Of a stretch of 64,000 nucleotides of DNA, positions 19,394 through 30,644 are shown piece by piece. The notes under the pieces are model-generated. The model saw only the letters and a program-made list of their open reading frames with translations. It did not search any database and was not told where the DNA came from. The stretch comes from an uncultured delta proteobacterium. GTDB taxonomy: Bacteria > Desulfobacterota > Binatia > Binatales > Binataceae. The stretch lies in the NCBI GenBank assembly GCA_963724765.1, contig CAVRVY010000001.1, positions 1,367,148 to 1,431,147 of the forward strand. The letters run 5' to 3'. The stretch's first letter is position 1. Each line of letters starts with the position of its first letter. Made by a program: the position numbers and the translations under genes.

Positions 19394-21505
19394 CTATTCG
19401 TGGTCAGGCACGAGATCGAGCGCTGCGAGCCAGGCCGCGGCTTCGCTGTCCGAGGGCGCGCGCCAGTCGCCGCGCGGCGAGAGCGATCCGCCCGAGCCGA
19501 CCTTGGGCGAGTTGGGTACGGCGCTGCGCTTGAACTGGCTGGTCTGGAAGAAGCGGAAAAGAAACGTGCGCAGATGCTCCTTCAGTTGGCCAATCGCGTA
19601 CTGGTGGCGAGACTCGGATGGCACGTCGGGCCATCCGCCGCGCCGCGCGTCGTGCCACGCGCAGTAAGCGAGAAACGCGACCTTGGCCGGCGGATAGCCG
19701 AAGCGCAGGACGTGGTAGAGGCTGAAGTCGTGCAACTCGTAGGGGCCGATCATCGCCTCGGTGTCCTGCGCAGGGCCCTCGCCGCCATCGCCGCCGGGCA
19801 CCAGTTCGGGGCTGATGGGAGTGGCCAGGATTTCGTGCAGCGTGGTGCTCGTTTTGGCGCCGAGCCGTCCGGTGCCGGCGACCCATCGGATGAGATGCTG
19901 GATGAGCGTCTTGGGCACGCTGGCGTTGACGTTGTAGTGCGACATCTGGTCGCCGACCCCGTAGGTACACCATCCGAGCGCGAGTTCGCTCAGATCGCCG
20001 GTGCCGACCACCAACGCGCCGTTGAGGTTGGCGAGGCGGAACAGATGACTGGTGCGCTCGCCGGCCTGCACGTTTTCGAATGCGATATCGTAAACCGCGG
20101 CGTCTTCGCGATGCGGATGGCCGATGTCTTTGAGCATCTGGTGCGCGGCGGGCCGGATGTCGAGTTCGTGCGCGGTGCATCCGATCGCCCGCATCAGGTC
20201 GCGCGCCTGCTCGAGCGTGCGCGCGGAGGTCGCAAACCCGGGCATCGTGTAGCCAAGGATGCTGGCGCGCGGATAGCCGAGCAGATCCATCGCCTGCGCA
20301 CAGACCAGCAGCGCCTGGGTCGAGTCGAGGCCCCCTGAGACGCCAATCACGACGCGTTTGATTCCGGTCGCGCGCAGCCGCGTCGCCAGTCCCTGCACCT
20401 GGATTTCGTAAACCTCTGAGCATCGCTCGTCGCGCACTGCCGGGTTGGAGGGTACGTAGGGGAAGCGCTCGGGCCGGCGCTCGGGTAGCATCCGGTCGCG
20501 CCGCGCGAGTTCGGCCGGGAATTTGATCGTGCGAAAGCCCCGCAGCTCATCGCGATGATGCCGCACTGTCTGGGCGAAGCTGGTCTGGCGCATCCGTTCC
20601 TGGGACAGGCGTTCGAGATCGATCTCCGAGCAGACGAGTTGCGGCTCGAAGCTGAAGCGATTTGACTCGGCGAGCAGGTTTCCGTTTTCGCAAATGAGCC
20701 CCTGGCCGTCCCAGGCGAGGTCGGTGGTCGATTCTCCGGCGCCAGCGCCGGCAAAGAGATAGGCCGCCATGCATCGCGCCGACTGATTTTCGACCAGCGC
20801 ACGCCGGTATTCAGCCTTGGCGACGGTGACCGGCGAGCCCGAGAGGTTGAGCAGCACGGTCGCGCCGGCCAGCGCCGCATAGGACGACGGCGGAATCGGC
20901 ACCCACAGGTCCTCGCAAATCTCGACGTGAAAAGCGAGCAACGGTTGTTCCTCGACCGCAAACAGCAGGCGGGCGCCGAACGGAATCGCGGATTGGCCGC
21001 AAAACTCGATTTCATTGCGCAGCGCCACGTCGCCGGGCACGAACTGGCGCATCTCGTAGAACTCGCGGTAGTTGGGCAGATAGGTCTTGGGCGTCACGCC
21101 GAGGATGCGTCCGCGATGAAGGACGGCGGCGCAATTGAAAAGCTGATGGTCGATCGCAAGCCCGAAGCCAACGACCGCGACGGTGTCGAGCGCGCGGCTC
21201 GCCTCGACGATCCTGCTCAGCGCCGCGACGCATCCGTCGAGCACGACGCGCTGCTGATGCAGGTCTTCACAGGAGTAGCCGGGAAGTCCGAGTTCCGGGA
21301 AGAGTACGAGGGCCGCGTGACGCTCGGCCGCCTGGCGCATCAGGGCGATGGTCTGCTCGGCGTTGAAGGCCGGGTTGGCGACGCGCACGGCCGGGATAGC
21401 GACCGCGACGCGGACCATGTCGTGATTATGGAAATTGAAGAAATTCTCGCCCGCTCTCAACGTGTCATCCTCGGCTAGACTTAGTGTATATCGGACGCAT
21501 CGCAA
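19394..21505 (-). CDS. nadE: Glutamine-dependent NAD+ synthetase
   Basis: Nitrilase domain [23 protein letters not shown]; synthetase domain [24 protein letters not shown]; start approximate. Confidence 0.95.
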   Translation of the reverse strand: MRCVRYTLSLAEDDTLRAGENFFNFHNHDMVRVAVAIPAVRVANPAFNAEQTIALMRQAAERHAALVLFPELGLPGYSCEDLHQQRVVLDGCVAALSRIVEASRALDTVAVVGFGLAIDHQLFNCAAVLHRGRILGVTPKTYLPNYREFYEMRQFVPGDVALRNEIEFCGQSAIPFGARLLFAVEEQPLLAFHVEICEDLWVPIPPSSYAALAGATVLLNLSGSPVTVAKAEYRRALVENQSARCMAAYLFAGAGAGESTTDLAWDGQGLICENGNLLAESNRFSFEPQLVCSEIDLERLSQERMRQTSFAQTVRHHRDELRGFRTIKFPAELARRDRMLPERRPERFPYVPSNPAVRDERCSEVYEIQVQGLATRLRATGIKRVVIGVSGGLDSTQALLVCAQAMDLLGYPRASILGYTMPGFATSARTLEQARDLMRAIGCTAHELDIRPAAHQMLKDIGHPHREDAAVYDIAFENVQAGERTSHLFRLANLNGALVVGTGDLSELALGWCTYGVGDQMSHYNVNASVPKTLIQHLIRWVAGTGRLGAKTSTTLHEILATPISPELVPGGDGGEGPAQDTEAMIGPYELHDFSLYHVLRFGYPPAKVAFLAYCAWHDARRGGWPDVPSESRHQYAIGQLKEHLRTFLFRFFQTSQFKRSAVPNSPKVGSGGSLSPRGDWRAPSDSEAAAWLAALDLVPDHE

Positions 21506-21557
21506 AAAGAACTCAAGCTTCGCATGATCCGATGGGCCGCGCGCACGAACACGTTCT

Positions 21558-21968
21558 CTAGTTGAAGTGGCGCTCGATGTAGATCAGCGCGCTTTCAAGG
21601 TCGGGCAGGATCTTGGTGCAAAACCGCACCATCCAGGGCGAGCAGTCCTTGAAGCCGAGCGGGCTGAATGCGATCACGAACTTGCCGAGGTCGTGGCTGG
21701 CGTAGAAGACTTCCATCGCGGTGCCCAGCGAAGGCTTGCAATAGTTGACCAGCAACAGGTCGGCCTCGCGGACGTCCTGCAGATCGAACTCGACGATCTC
21801 GTTGGAGGAGTCGAGCTCGTTGTCGCGGAAATTGCGACGCAGCGGATCGAGCAGGATGAAGCGGCCTGCCAGACGTTCCTTGGCGCGGGTGCGCCAGTCC
21901 TTGGCCGCCTTCGGGTCGGCGTCCATGATCGGTCCGCAGAGGTAGATTTTCCGCACGCTCTCCGACAT
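21558..21968 (-). CDS. Nucleoside 2-deoxyribosyltransferase-like (NDT/Rcl) protein
   Basis: [39 protein letters not shown]. Confidence 0.75.
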   Translation of the reverse strand: MSESVRKIYLCGPIMDADPKAAKDWRTRAKERLAGRFILLDPLRRNFRDNELDSSNEIVEFDLQDVREADLLLVNYCKPSLGTAMEVFYASHDLGKFVIAFSPLGFKDCSPWMVRFCTKILPDLESALIYIERHFN

Positions 21969-22196
21969 AGGCAGGCAAATTAGCACAGCTTCGCGTCTTC
22001 CGCCGCATCGCACAGGAGAGAGCCGGAAGACCTAACTCCCGGCCTCTTCCCGTTGCGGAAGGGGCGTAAACGCGTTGCTACGAAACCGGCGCGGGCGGAT
22101 TGCGTATTATTCATGGGAAAGTGCGGCCGCTTTCTTCATTCAGCATCGGAAACCGGGTAAGTCTTTAAGAGGCGGCTGGTCGAGCGCCTGATCAGG

Positions 22197-22988
<792 letters not shown>

Positions 22989-23040
22989 CGCCGCCCGGCG
23001 GAGGATGCGGCGCGGGCGCGACGATGGTATTGTTCATCAT

Positions 23041-23700
23041 ATGAGCTTGCTGATTCCAATGGTGGTCGAACAGACCGGCCGCGGAGAGCGCGCGTACGAC
23101 ATCTACTCGCGCCTGCTGAAGGACCGGATAGTTTTCATCGGCGGCCCGATTCATGACGAGGCCGCCAACCTGGTCACGGCGCAACTCCTGTTCCTCGAAT
23201 CCGAGGATCCCGAGCGCGAGATCAACATATATATCAACTCGCCGGGCGGCTCGGTGACGGCGGGGCTCGCGATTTATGACACCATGCAGTTCATCAAGCC
23301 TCCGGTGTCGACGCTATGCGTGGGGCAGGCGGCAAGTATGGGAGCGGTGCTGCTGGCGGCAGGCGCCAAGGGGCGGCGCTACGCGCTGCCGCACTCGCGC
23401 ATCATGATCCACCAGCTCTCGGGCGGCTTCGAGGGCCAGGCGACCGATATCGAAATCCAGGCGCGCGAGGCGCTGCGCCTGCGCGAGATACTCAACAACA
23501 TCCTGACCAACCATACCGGGCAAGGGCTCAAGCGCATCGAGAAGGACACGGACCGCGACTTCTTTATGCACGCCGCGCAAGCGGTCGAGTACGGGCTCAT
23601 CGACGAGGTGATCGCCAACCGCCAGGGCAAAGCCGGCAGCGATCATGCCAAGCCAGCCGAGCATCCCAAAGCAGCCGAACATCCCAAGCCCACGCCTTAG
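23041..23700 (+). CDS. clpP: ATP-dependent Clp protease proteolytic subunit
   Basis: [36 protein letters not shown]; repetitive C-terminal extension. Confidence 0.96.
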   Translation: MSLLIPMVVEQTGRGERAYDIYSRLLKDRIVFIGGPIHDEAANLVTAQLLFLESEDPEREINIYINSPGGSVTAGLAIYDTMQFIKPPVSTLCVGQAASMGAVLLAAGAKGRRYALPHSRIMIHQLSGGFEGQATDIEIQAREALRLREILNNILTNHTGQGLKRIEKDTDRDFFMHAAQAVEYGLIDEVIANRQGKAGSDHAKPAEHPKAAEHPKPTP

Positions 23701-23724
23701 GTGGCGGGGATTTCCGAAAAGCAA

Positions 23725-23762
23725 AAAAGGCCGGCATCCGTCAGGGCGCCGGCCTTTTCTTT
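23725..23762. terminator. Bidirectional intrinsic terminator
   Basis: AAAAGGCCGGC...GCCGGCCTTTTCTTT between convergent clpP and encapsulin genes. Confidence 0.8.
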
Positions 23763-23778
23763 CTATCCCGTATCGCTC

Positions 23779-24582
23779 TTATCCCGCGGGTGTAAGCGCC
23801 ACCGCGGCTTCAGATGTAAGCAGGAGGAAGGTGAGCGTTTCCTGCAGGTACAGGGTAACGGCTGTGTCCGAGTGCTTCGAATAACCAATCGAGACGTCCT
23901 GGCCGATGTGCAGATCGAAGTCGCCGCCACGGGTGGTAAGGACGAAGGCTCCGGCGATTGCCGGCGCCCAGATAATTTCCTCGTTGACCAGGCGCTGGAT
24001 GTGCTGGATCACCGGATAGCCGTGATCGCTGGTTTCGCTCAACGCCGTGTAAGCGTCCGCGCCCAGTAATACCGAATAGGGACCGTTGACGCCGACGAGA
24101 CGCAACTGGCTGAGCGCTCCGGCGATCGCGTCGGGATATTGAATTACTTCGGCGGGCAGAGTTGCCACAGGATTGCTGGTCCCTTGCCGGATACCCTGGA
24201 TGCCGGCTGCGGCGTAGCCTTCGAAGATGGCGCGGTCTTCGGCAAAGGCGATGCGCTTCGCGGCGTCTTTTAGCGGCTGCCAATCAGAATCGTTTGCCCC
24301 CCGCTCGACGTCGTCGATCGCCTGGCGTTCCAGTTCGAACGGTACCCGCAACTCCACCAGGGCCTTCACTTCGCGCTGGCGGGCGATGATTCCATCTCCG
24401 GGCGCCTCGACCGTGCGCAGGTGGCCGGTGCCGACGGCGGACAAGGCGACTCCGCCGGGTCCTTTGACGTCCACGACACGTCGTCCCGCAAGATAGCGTT
24501 TTAGCGTGCGCGCCGCCTCCGCCTCGATTTGGGCCCACGCGCTCTCGGAAAGCGGGGCAAGCTCGCGGTGCAGGTTATTCAT
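23779..24582 (-). CDS. Family 1 encapsulin shell protein (linocin M18-like)
   Basis: MNNLHRELAPLSESAWAQIE, LAGRRVVDV, ELRVPFEL, AFAEDRAIF, GQDVSIGY; real start at 24582. Confidence 0.95.
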   Translation of the reverse strand: MNNLHRELAPLSESAWAQIEAEAARTLKRYLAGRRVVDVKGPGGVALSAVGTGHLRTVEAPGDGIIARQREVKALVELRVPFELERQAIDDVERGANDSDWQPLKDAAKRIAFAEDRAIFEGYAAAGIQGIRQGTSNPVATLPAEVIQYPDAIAGALSQLRLVGVNGPYSVLLGADAYTALSETSDHGYPVIQHIQRLVNEEIIWAPAIAGAFVLTTRGGDFDLHIGQDVSIGYSKHSDTAVTLYLQETLTFLLLTSEAAVALTPAG

Positions 24583-25651
24583 TGCGGGGTTCTCCTTTGA
24601 GGGAGCCGATGCCCAGCGAACCGTCGCTGGTCGGCGGAGCGGGAAGTGATGAATCGGTCTCCGAAGCGGCGGTAGTCTCAGGTGCCTGGAGTTGGTCCGG
24701 CGCCACGCTCTCCAAGAACGAGAGCGAAGGCACGAAGAACAGGTTGCCTGTGACCGCACGGCTGAAATCAAGCAGTCGATCATAATTGCCCGGCGGTCGC
24801 CCCACGAACATGTTCTGCAGCATCTGCTCGATCGTGCGGGGTGAGCGGGCGTAACCGATGAAGTAGGTGCCGAACTCACCTTGTCCAACTTGCCCGAAGG
24901 CCATGTTGCTGCGGAGGATCTTAATCTCTTTGCCGTTCTCCACGATTGTCGTCAGTTCACTATGCGCGGAAGTCGGCCTGATCCCATCGTCCAACTCGAC
25001 ATCGGAGAGCTTGGTGCGGCCGATGATCCGTTCCTGGGCGGCGATAGGCAGAGCGTCCCACCCCGCCAGGTCGTGCAGGTACTTCTGCACGATTACGTAA
25101 CTCCCGCCGGCGAAGGCGGGATCTTCCTCGCCAATGAAAGTGGCGTCGATAGCGGCTTGATTCGCGGGATTTTCCGTTCCGTCGACGAATCCGAGCAGAT
25201 CGCGCGAATCGAAGTAACGGAAGCCGTGGACCTCATCCGCCGGACTGACCGCTTTGCCTAACTTCATCATGATCTGCGTCGCCAACTCGAAGCACAGATC
25301 CTCTCGTTCGGCGCGGATATGGAAAAGCAGATCGCCTGGCGTGGCGACGGCATGGCGCGACTCGGCCTTGATCTCGCGGAAGGGATGAAGCTCCGCCGGC
25401 CGCGGTTGCCCGAAGAGCCGGTCCCATGCGTCCGATCCAAAGCCGAGCACGCACGAGAGCTTTCCCTCGGGCTCGCGGAAACCCACCGCGCGTAACAGCT
25501 TGGACAGGTCTGCGCATAGCGATCGGACAGTCGTCAGGCTCTCTACACCCGGGTTCACCGTTACGATCAGAAAGATCGCGGCGCGTGTGAGCGGCCTGAC
25601 CACTGCCTGTGGCAGGAGGTGCGGCCAGGTCATCCCCTCTGCGCCGTTCAT
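24575..25651 (-). CDS. Dye-decolorizing peroxidase (DyP), encapsulin cargo
   Basis: TPGDLLFHIRA, GFVDGTENP (GxxDG), YVIVQKYLHD, QERIIGRTK; C-terminal targeting peptide DGSLGIGSLKG; start between 25633 and 25669. Confidence 0.93.
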   Translation of the reverse strand: MNGAEGMTWPHLLPQAVVRPLTRAAIFLIVTVNPGVESLTTVRSLCADLSKLLRAVGFREPEGKLSCVLGFGSDAWDRLFGQPRPAELHPFREIKAESRHAVATPGDLLFHIRAEREDLCFELATQIMMKLGKAVSPADEVHGFRYFDSRDLLGFVDGTENPANQAAIDATFIGEEDPAFAGGSYVIVQKYLHDLAGWDALPIAAQERIIGRTKLSDVELDDGIRPTSAHSELTTIVENGKEIKILRSNMAFGQVGQGEFGTYFIGYARSPRTIEQMLQNMFVGRPPGNYDRLLDFSRAVTGNLFFVPSLSFLESVAPDQLQAPETTAASETDSSLPAPPTSDGSLGIGSLKGEPRNE

Positions 25652-25748
25652 CGAATCGAAGACACGCATCGGGAGACGAGGCGGTTCCGATCCATCGTCA
25701 TCATCGCAGCAGCCACGCCGAAGCGGCGGGTTGGGAGTTGGCGAAAGA

Positions 25749-27050
25749 TCATTGGCCGCCGCCGGCCGCCGCCACCGACGGTTCGGCCGGATACTGCGCC
25801 AGTTCATCGAGCGCGGGTTTGATCTCTTTCATGAAAATATGAAGCTGGCGCAGCACCTCTTCCTTCGGCATCTGCGCGTAATGATAAATCAGCGTCAGGT
25901 ACTCGCTGGGGAAGCGTTTGTATTCCTCGACCAGCGTGTTGCGCACGCTCTCGACCGTGCCCGGCACCCATAGTCCGAACTTGGTCACCGCCTTGACCAC
26001 GTCCTTCGGCTCGACCGTGTGCCGGCCCATCGCGGCGTAGAAGTTGCGGAAGATGTCGGAGTCGTACTTCATCACCGACTCGTGCGCCTTCTCCATCGTG
26101 TCGCCGATATGCGGCATCCGCACCAGCGCCTGGTTTTGCCCGAGCGCCATCGGGCGGCCGAGCCGGTTGGTTTCCTTGACGTAGGCGTTGCCCAGCGTGA
26201 GCGCCGTGTCGAGCGAGGTGAAGTAGAGCGGGATAAAGCCGCGGCTGGCCGCATACTCGGCGCTCTCGGGCGAGCCCGCGGTGGCGACGAAGACCGGGGG
26301 ATGTGGCCGCGTGTAAGGCGACGGCACCACGCATACGCGCCGCGTGTTGCCCTCGGCGTCGACCTCGCCATGCGCACCGAGCCGTCCGGTCACGCCGAAC
26401 TTGCCGAGCGGCCAGTCGTCGACGCCGCTCTCGTAGGGGAAGGGGATCTGCCAGGTCTTGCCGTTGTACTCGATACTCTCCTGGGTCCACGCTTTTACGA
26501 CGATGTCGATTTCTTCCTCGAAGATGCGCCGGTTGATGTCGTCGTCGTCGACGTCTTTTTTGACCACGTCCTTGCCGAACAGCCGCGCCGGGTCGACCTT
26601 GGCGGCCGAGGGCGAGGTGGTGGCGCGCGTGCCGAGATGCTGGCCGATGACGTTGGTCCAGCGCGACTGGTAGCCGCGCGCGAAGCCGACGAAGAAGCGT
26701 CCGTTGGCGAGATGGTCGAGGATCGCGGTTTCCTCGGCGACCCGCAGCGGGTTCTGCGTGCTCATCACGTAGCCCATCTGGCCGACGCGAATTTTCTTGG
26801 TGATCGCGGCCCAGTAGGCGTTGAGCACGCCAGGGTTGGGACCGACCTCGTAGCCCTCGGACCAGAAGTGATGCTCGATTGTGGCGGCGCCCCACAGGCC
26901 CATCTCGTCGGCGGCCTTGATGATATCGTGCCATCCGAGCAGGGTTTGGTGGTACAGTTCGCGATTGCGCCCGATCGGGCGCAGCGCCGCGCGCTCCTCT
27001 TCACTGGCCGCAGGAATCACCGGGTAGAGCTGAAGAATTATTTTGACCAT
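25749..27050 (-). CDS. LLM-class flavin-dependent oxidoreductase
   Basis: EHHF, NPLRVAEETAILDHLANGRFFVGFARGYQ, PSPYTRPHPP. Confidence 0.88.
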   Translation of the reverse strand: MVKIILQLYPVIPAASEEERAALRPIGRNRELYHQTLLGWHDIIKAADEMGLWGAATIEHHFWSEGYEVGPNPGVLNAYWAAITKKIRVGQMGYVMSTQNPLRVAEETAILDHLANGRFFVGFARGYQSRWTNVIGQHLGTRATTSPSAAKVDPARLFGKDVVKKDVDDDDINRRIFEEEIDIVVKAWTQESIEYNGKTWQIPFPYESGVDDWPLGKFGVTGRLGAHGEVDAEGNTRRVCVVPSPYTRPHPPVFVATAGSPESAEYAASRGFIPLYFTSLDTALTLGNAYVKETNRLGRPMALGQNQALVRMPHIGDTMEKAHESVMKYDSDIFRNFYAAMGRHTVEPKDVVKAVTKFGLWVPGTVESVRNTLVEEYKRFPSEYLTLIYHYAQMPKEEVLRQLHIFMKEIKPALDELAQYPAEPSVAAAGGGQ

Positions 27051-27127
27051 GACTTCCTTATCGTTGCTGTCGGAAATTGCCGCTTACGACGGCGTTAGCA
27101 TGCGGCGCACGCAGGCGGCAAGTGCCG

Positions 27128-28024
27128 CTACGGTGTGGCGCGAAAGATGCCCTCGGCGCCCTTCGTGGTTCGCCCGAGGGCGTGGTCAATAAAGGCGTAG
27201 TCGCCCGCTTCGTGAACGCGAAATTCGAACACTGCGCCGTCGCCGGGGCCGACCTCGAAGCTCGCGAGATCGTGCATCGCGTCGGCCGGGTTGCCGCCGC
27301 GATAGACCGTGCTGAAGATCGCACCCGACACGTGAAAGGTCGAACTCAGGTTGGGACCGGCGTTGACAAAGAAGACGCGCACCAGTTCGCCGGTCTTGAT
27401 CGTAATCGGATGCTCGACGTAGCGATCCACCATCCCGTTGAAGACCACGAAATCGGGCCGCTCCTCGACCTCCTTGCGGCTGTCGCCGGCCACCAGCCCA
27501 TTTTTGTCGGGCGTGCCGTAGTACTCGCCCTGTACGATCATCACTTCGTGCGCCTTGGGCCAGCCCTGAGCCGGGTCGACGATCATCATCCCATACATCC
27601 CGTTGGCGACGTGCGAGAGCGCCGGGATGGCGCTGCATTGGTAGAGGAACGCGCCGGGGACGCGCGCGCGAAAGCTGTAGCTCAGGTTGCGCAGGCCATC
27701 GGGCGCGGTGAAATGGAGCTTGGGCGCCAGCTCAGCGGCGTGCGTATCGATCCCGTGCGCCATCGTGGTCGGATTGACGAGCTTGAGCGTGACTTCGTCG
27801 CCCTCGCGCACGCGTAGTAACGGCCCCGGCACCTGGCCGTCGTAGGTCCACGCGTCGTAAGTCAGATCGAGGCCAATCTCGATACGCTTGTTCTCGACCG
27901 TCAGTGTGAAGCTTTTGTTTCCGGCGGGGGCGGCCGGCGTCGCCGGCGCCAACAGGATCAGGATGAGGACCAGAATAGCGATGCGCGGCAATGCGATTGG
28001 GGCGACGGATGCCGCCGTAGTCAT
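27128..28024 (-). CDS. Copper nitrite reductase (NirK)-like two-domain cupredoxin, exported
   Basis: WTYDGQVPGP, HGIDTHAA, YQC...H...GMYG, NAGPNLSSTFHVSG, DHA; signal peptide; start MTTAAS at 28024. Confidence 0.82.
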   Translation of the reverse strand: MTTAASVAPIALPRIAILVLILILLAPATPAAPAGNKSFTLTVENKRIEIGLDLTYDAWTYDGQVPGPLLRVREGDEVTLKLVNPTTMAHGIDTHAAELAPKLHFTAPDGLRNLSYSFRARVPGAFLYQCSAIPALSHVANGMYGMMIVDPAQGWPKAHEVMIVQGEYYGTPDKNGLVAGDSRKEVEERPDFVVFNGMVDRYVEHPITIKTGELVRVFFVNAGPNLSSTFHVSGAIFSTVYRGGNPADAMHDLASFEVGPGDGAVFEFRVHEAGDYAFIDHALGRTTKGAEGIFRATP

Positions 28025-28062
28025 CGATCGATTGGGTCTCGCGCGCAACGCTTGACCGGCGC

Positions 28063-28605
28063 TCAGCGCGGCGCGCCCGCCGTCTTTCCCGAGGCCTTTT
28101 TGGAGGACGCGGCCGCCTTGACCGTCTCGGCTGGCTTGGCCGCCTGCGGTTGGGTCTCGGGTTGCGGCGTAAAACGCAGGGTCAGGACCGGGCACACGGC
28201 GTTGCGCACTACAGCCTCGGTCACGCTGCCGAAGAGCAGATGCCCGATCGCGCTGCGCCCATGCGTCGCCATCACGATCAGATCGGCGGCGAGTTCGCGC
28301 GAGAAGGCCAGGATGGTTTTCGGCACTTCCGAGACGAACGTGATACGCGTATGGGTCTCGCAGGGGGTGCGGGACAGCCGGCGGCGCACGAGGTCCTTGA
28401 GCTTGCGCTGAGCCTCCTCTTCCGCCTCTTCATCGGCGCCGATGTTGACTCCGTGGTCCGCGAGCATCGGCAGGATCGGCAGCACGTGAAGCAGATGGAT
28501 CGTTGCGCCCATGTCGGTCGCGAGGCGGCGCGCATGCGTGAGCGCGGCCATCGAGTTGTCGTCGAAATCGACCGGGCAGAGGATGATCTTGTACGGATAT
28601 CCCAT
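28063..28605 (-). CDS. Universal stress protein
   Basis: ILCPVDF, DLIVMATHGRS, LFGSVTEAVVRNAVCPVLT. Confidence 0.92.
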   Translation of the reverse strand: MGYPYKIILCPVDFDDNSMAALTHARRLATDMGATIHLLHVLPILPMLADHGVNIGADEEAEEEAQRKLKDLVRRRLSRTPCETHTRITFVSEVPKTILAFSRELAADLIVMATHGRSAIGHLLFGSVTEAVVRNAVCPVLTLRFTPQPETQPQAAKPAETVKAAASSKKASGKTAGAPR

Positions 28606-28651
28606 GAAGATGTGCTCCTGTTCTCTGCCGCTGGACGGCCCGGGTGGAGCG

Positions 28652-29659
28652 CTACGCGCCCGCCATCGCGCGCATTGTGTTCTGGAAGTCGCGCTCGGCC
28701 GTGCGTCCGGGGCCGATCGGAAAGATCACTGGATGGTTGACGCCCGCGGCGCGAAAGCTGGCGACGAAGTCGCGGCCGCTACTGGCGGCACCGAAGGCCC
28801 CGATACGGCGCATGTCGGCGTCGCTCAGCGCCTTGTACGCGTCGTCGCGCTTGCCCTCGCGCCAGAGCCGTCGCACTTCGGCGAACTGGTCGCCGAGCCC
28901 GTAGCGCGCAAACATCTCGTTGTACGCGTCGACGAAGGCGTAGCCCGCGAGTTCGCGCTTGAACGATTCGAGCGCCTTGTCCTCATCTTCGGTGATGCAC
29001 ATGCGGAGATAAATCGCGATATCCACGTCGGCGGGATTGCGGCCGGCCTGCTCGGCGCCCGCGCGCACCTCGGCGATCATCGCGGGCACGGCCTCGGACG
29101 GCGAATAGTTGAGCAGGACGCCGTCGGCGACTTCGCCCGCCAGGCGCAGCATCGGCGGGTTGAGCGCGGCGAGATAAATCCGCGGCGGGCGCGGCGCACT
29201 GGTGACGAAGCTGTGGCGGAAGTCGCACTTGTAGACCTTGCCCTCGAACTTGCAGCGCCCCTTGGTGAAAAGCTCGCGCATGATATGGACGCACTCGCGC
29301 ATCGCGGTCACCGGCTTGCGATACGACGCGCCATGCCAGCGCTCGACGATCACCGGGCTGGAGACGCCAAGACCGGCGATCGCGCGGCCGCCCGAAAGCT
29401 CGTTGAGCGCCATCGCTTCCATCGCGAGCACGCCGGGCGTGCGAATCTGGATCGGCACCACGCCGGTCGCCAACTCGACGCGTTTGGTCGCCATCGCGCA
29501 CGGCGCCAGGGCCACGAAGGCGTTGGGGCCGGCGACCTCGGCGACCCATAGCGAGGCATAACCGCTCTCTTCGGCTTCGAGCGAAAGCTTGCCCAGTGAA
29601 CCGAAGAGCGACGAGACGACCGAAAGATGCAGTCCGAGCTTGTTGGTTTGCTTTGACAT
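28652..29659 (-). CDS. LLM-class F420-dependent oxidoreductase (Mer-like)
   Basis: LWVAE, ELATGVVPIQIRTP, LSGGRAIAGLGVS, IYLAALNPPMLRLAGEVADGV. Confidence 0.88.
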   Translation of the reverse strand: MSKQTNKLGLHLSVVSSLFGSLGKLSLEAEESGYASLWVAEVAGPNAFVALAPCAMATKRVELATGVVPIQIRTPGVLAMEAMALNELSGGRAIAGLGVSSPVIVERWHGASYRKPVTAMRECVHIMRELFTKGRCKFEGKVYKCDFRHSFVTSAPRPPRIYLAALNPPMLRLAGEVADGVLLNYSPSEAVPAMIAEVRAGAEQAGRNPADVDIAIYLRMCITEDEDKALESFKRELAGYAFVDAYNEMFARYGLGDQFAEVRRLWREGKRDDAYKALSDADMRRIGAFGAASSGRDFVASFRAAGVNHPVIFPIGPGRTAERDFQNTMRAMAGA

Positions 29660-29801
29660 CGGGTATCCGGCGTTGATGGAATTGCGGTCAAGCGAGATTT
29701 TGCCGCTATCGCGCGCGCCTGCGCAAGCCGCGAAGGTTGCCGGGATGGGGTGGCGCGAATTATAAGATCAGCCGGAGCGCCCGCAGCGATCCATCAGCAC
29801 G

Positions 29802-30575
29802 ATGCCTTTCTTCGATTCCGACGGCGTAAAAATTCATTACCTGGACCAGGGATACGGCGCGCCGGTGCTCATGATCCACGGCTTCGGCTCCAGCGCGGAT
29901 GAGCACTGGGTTAAGACCGGTATGGTCGAGCGGCTGGCGCGCCGATGGCGGGTTATTGCCTACGACGCGCGCGGCCACGGCCATAGCGACAAGCCTCACA
30001 ACCCCGCCGAATACGGACTTGCGCACATGTGCGCCGACGCCGTCGCGCTGCTGGACCATCTGAAGATCGTGCGGGCGCGGATGATGGGCTACTCGATGGG
30101 CGGGCGAATCACACTCGAGGTGCTGTTGCGCCATCCGCAGCGCCTGAGCGCCGCAATATTCGGCGGCTATGGCGAGGGCGGCCAGATCGCGACGCCGGGC
30201 CAGCGCCATCGTATTGCGGCCGCGCTGTTGGCCGAAGATCCCGCGGTAATCGAGGACGTGCTGGCGCGCCGCTTTCGTCGTGGCGCCGAGCGCAATGGCA
30301 AGGACCTGCGCGCGCTCGCGGCCTGCATCGGAGCCGAAGAGACGACCGATGCGGACTCGACCATCGACTACGACGCGCTCAGACGCGCGGCGGTGCCGGT
30401 GCTAATCGCGACTGGCGACAAGGACACGATAGCGGGCGATCCGCGGTCGTTTTCGGGATGGTTCCGCGACGCGCGCGTGGTGGTGCTGGAGGGCGGCGAC
30501 CACATGACGATCCCCGCCGATCCGCGTTTCCATCAGGCGGTCGAGGACTTCCTCGCGACGATCTCCGACGCGTGA
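29802..30575 (+). CDS. Alpha/beta fold hydrolase
   Basis: IHGFG, YDARGHGHS, GYSMGG nucleophile elbow, GDKD, GDH. Confidence 0.9.
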   Translation: MPFFDSDGVKIHYLDQGYGAPVLMIHGFGSSADEHWVKTGMVERLARRWRVIAYDARGHGHSDKPHNPAEYGLAHMCADAVALLDHLKIVRARMMGYSMGGRITLEVLLRHPQRLSAAIFGGYGEGGQIATPGQRHRIAAALLAEDPAVIEDVLARRFRRGAERNGKDLRALAACIGAEETTDADSTIDYDALRRAAVPVLIATGDKDTIAGDPRSFSGWFRDARVVVLEGGDHMTIPADPRFHQAVEDFLATISDA

Positions 30576-30644
30576 CTCTCTCTCCCTCAAAACTGAGGGG
30601 GGGGTAGGGAGTCAGAAACGACGGCCGCTGGCTCTCATCGGTTC

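Noticed and set aside
24583-24888. Apparent N-terminal extension of the encapsulin
   Set aside because: Overlaps the DyP 3' end in another frame; the canonical MNNLHRELAP start has a GGAG RBS
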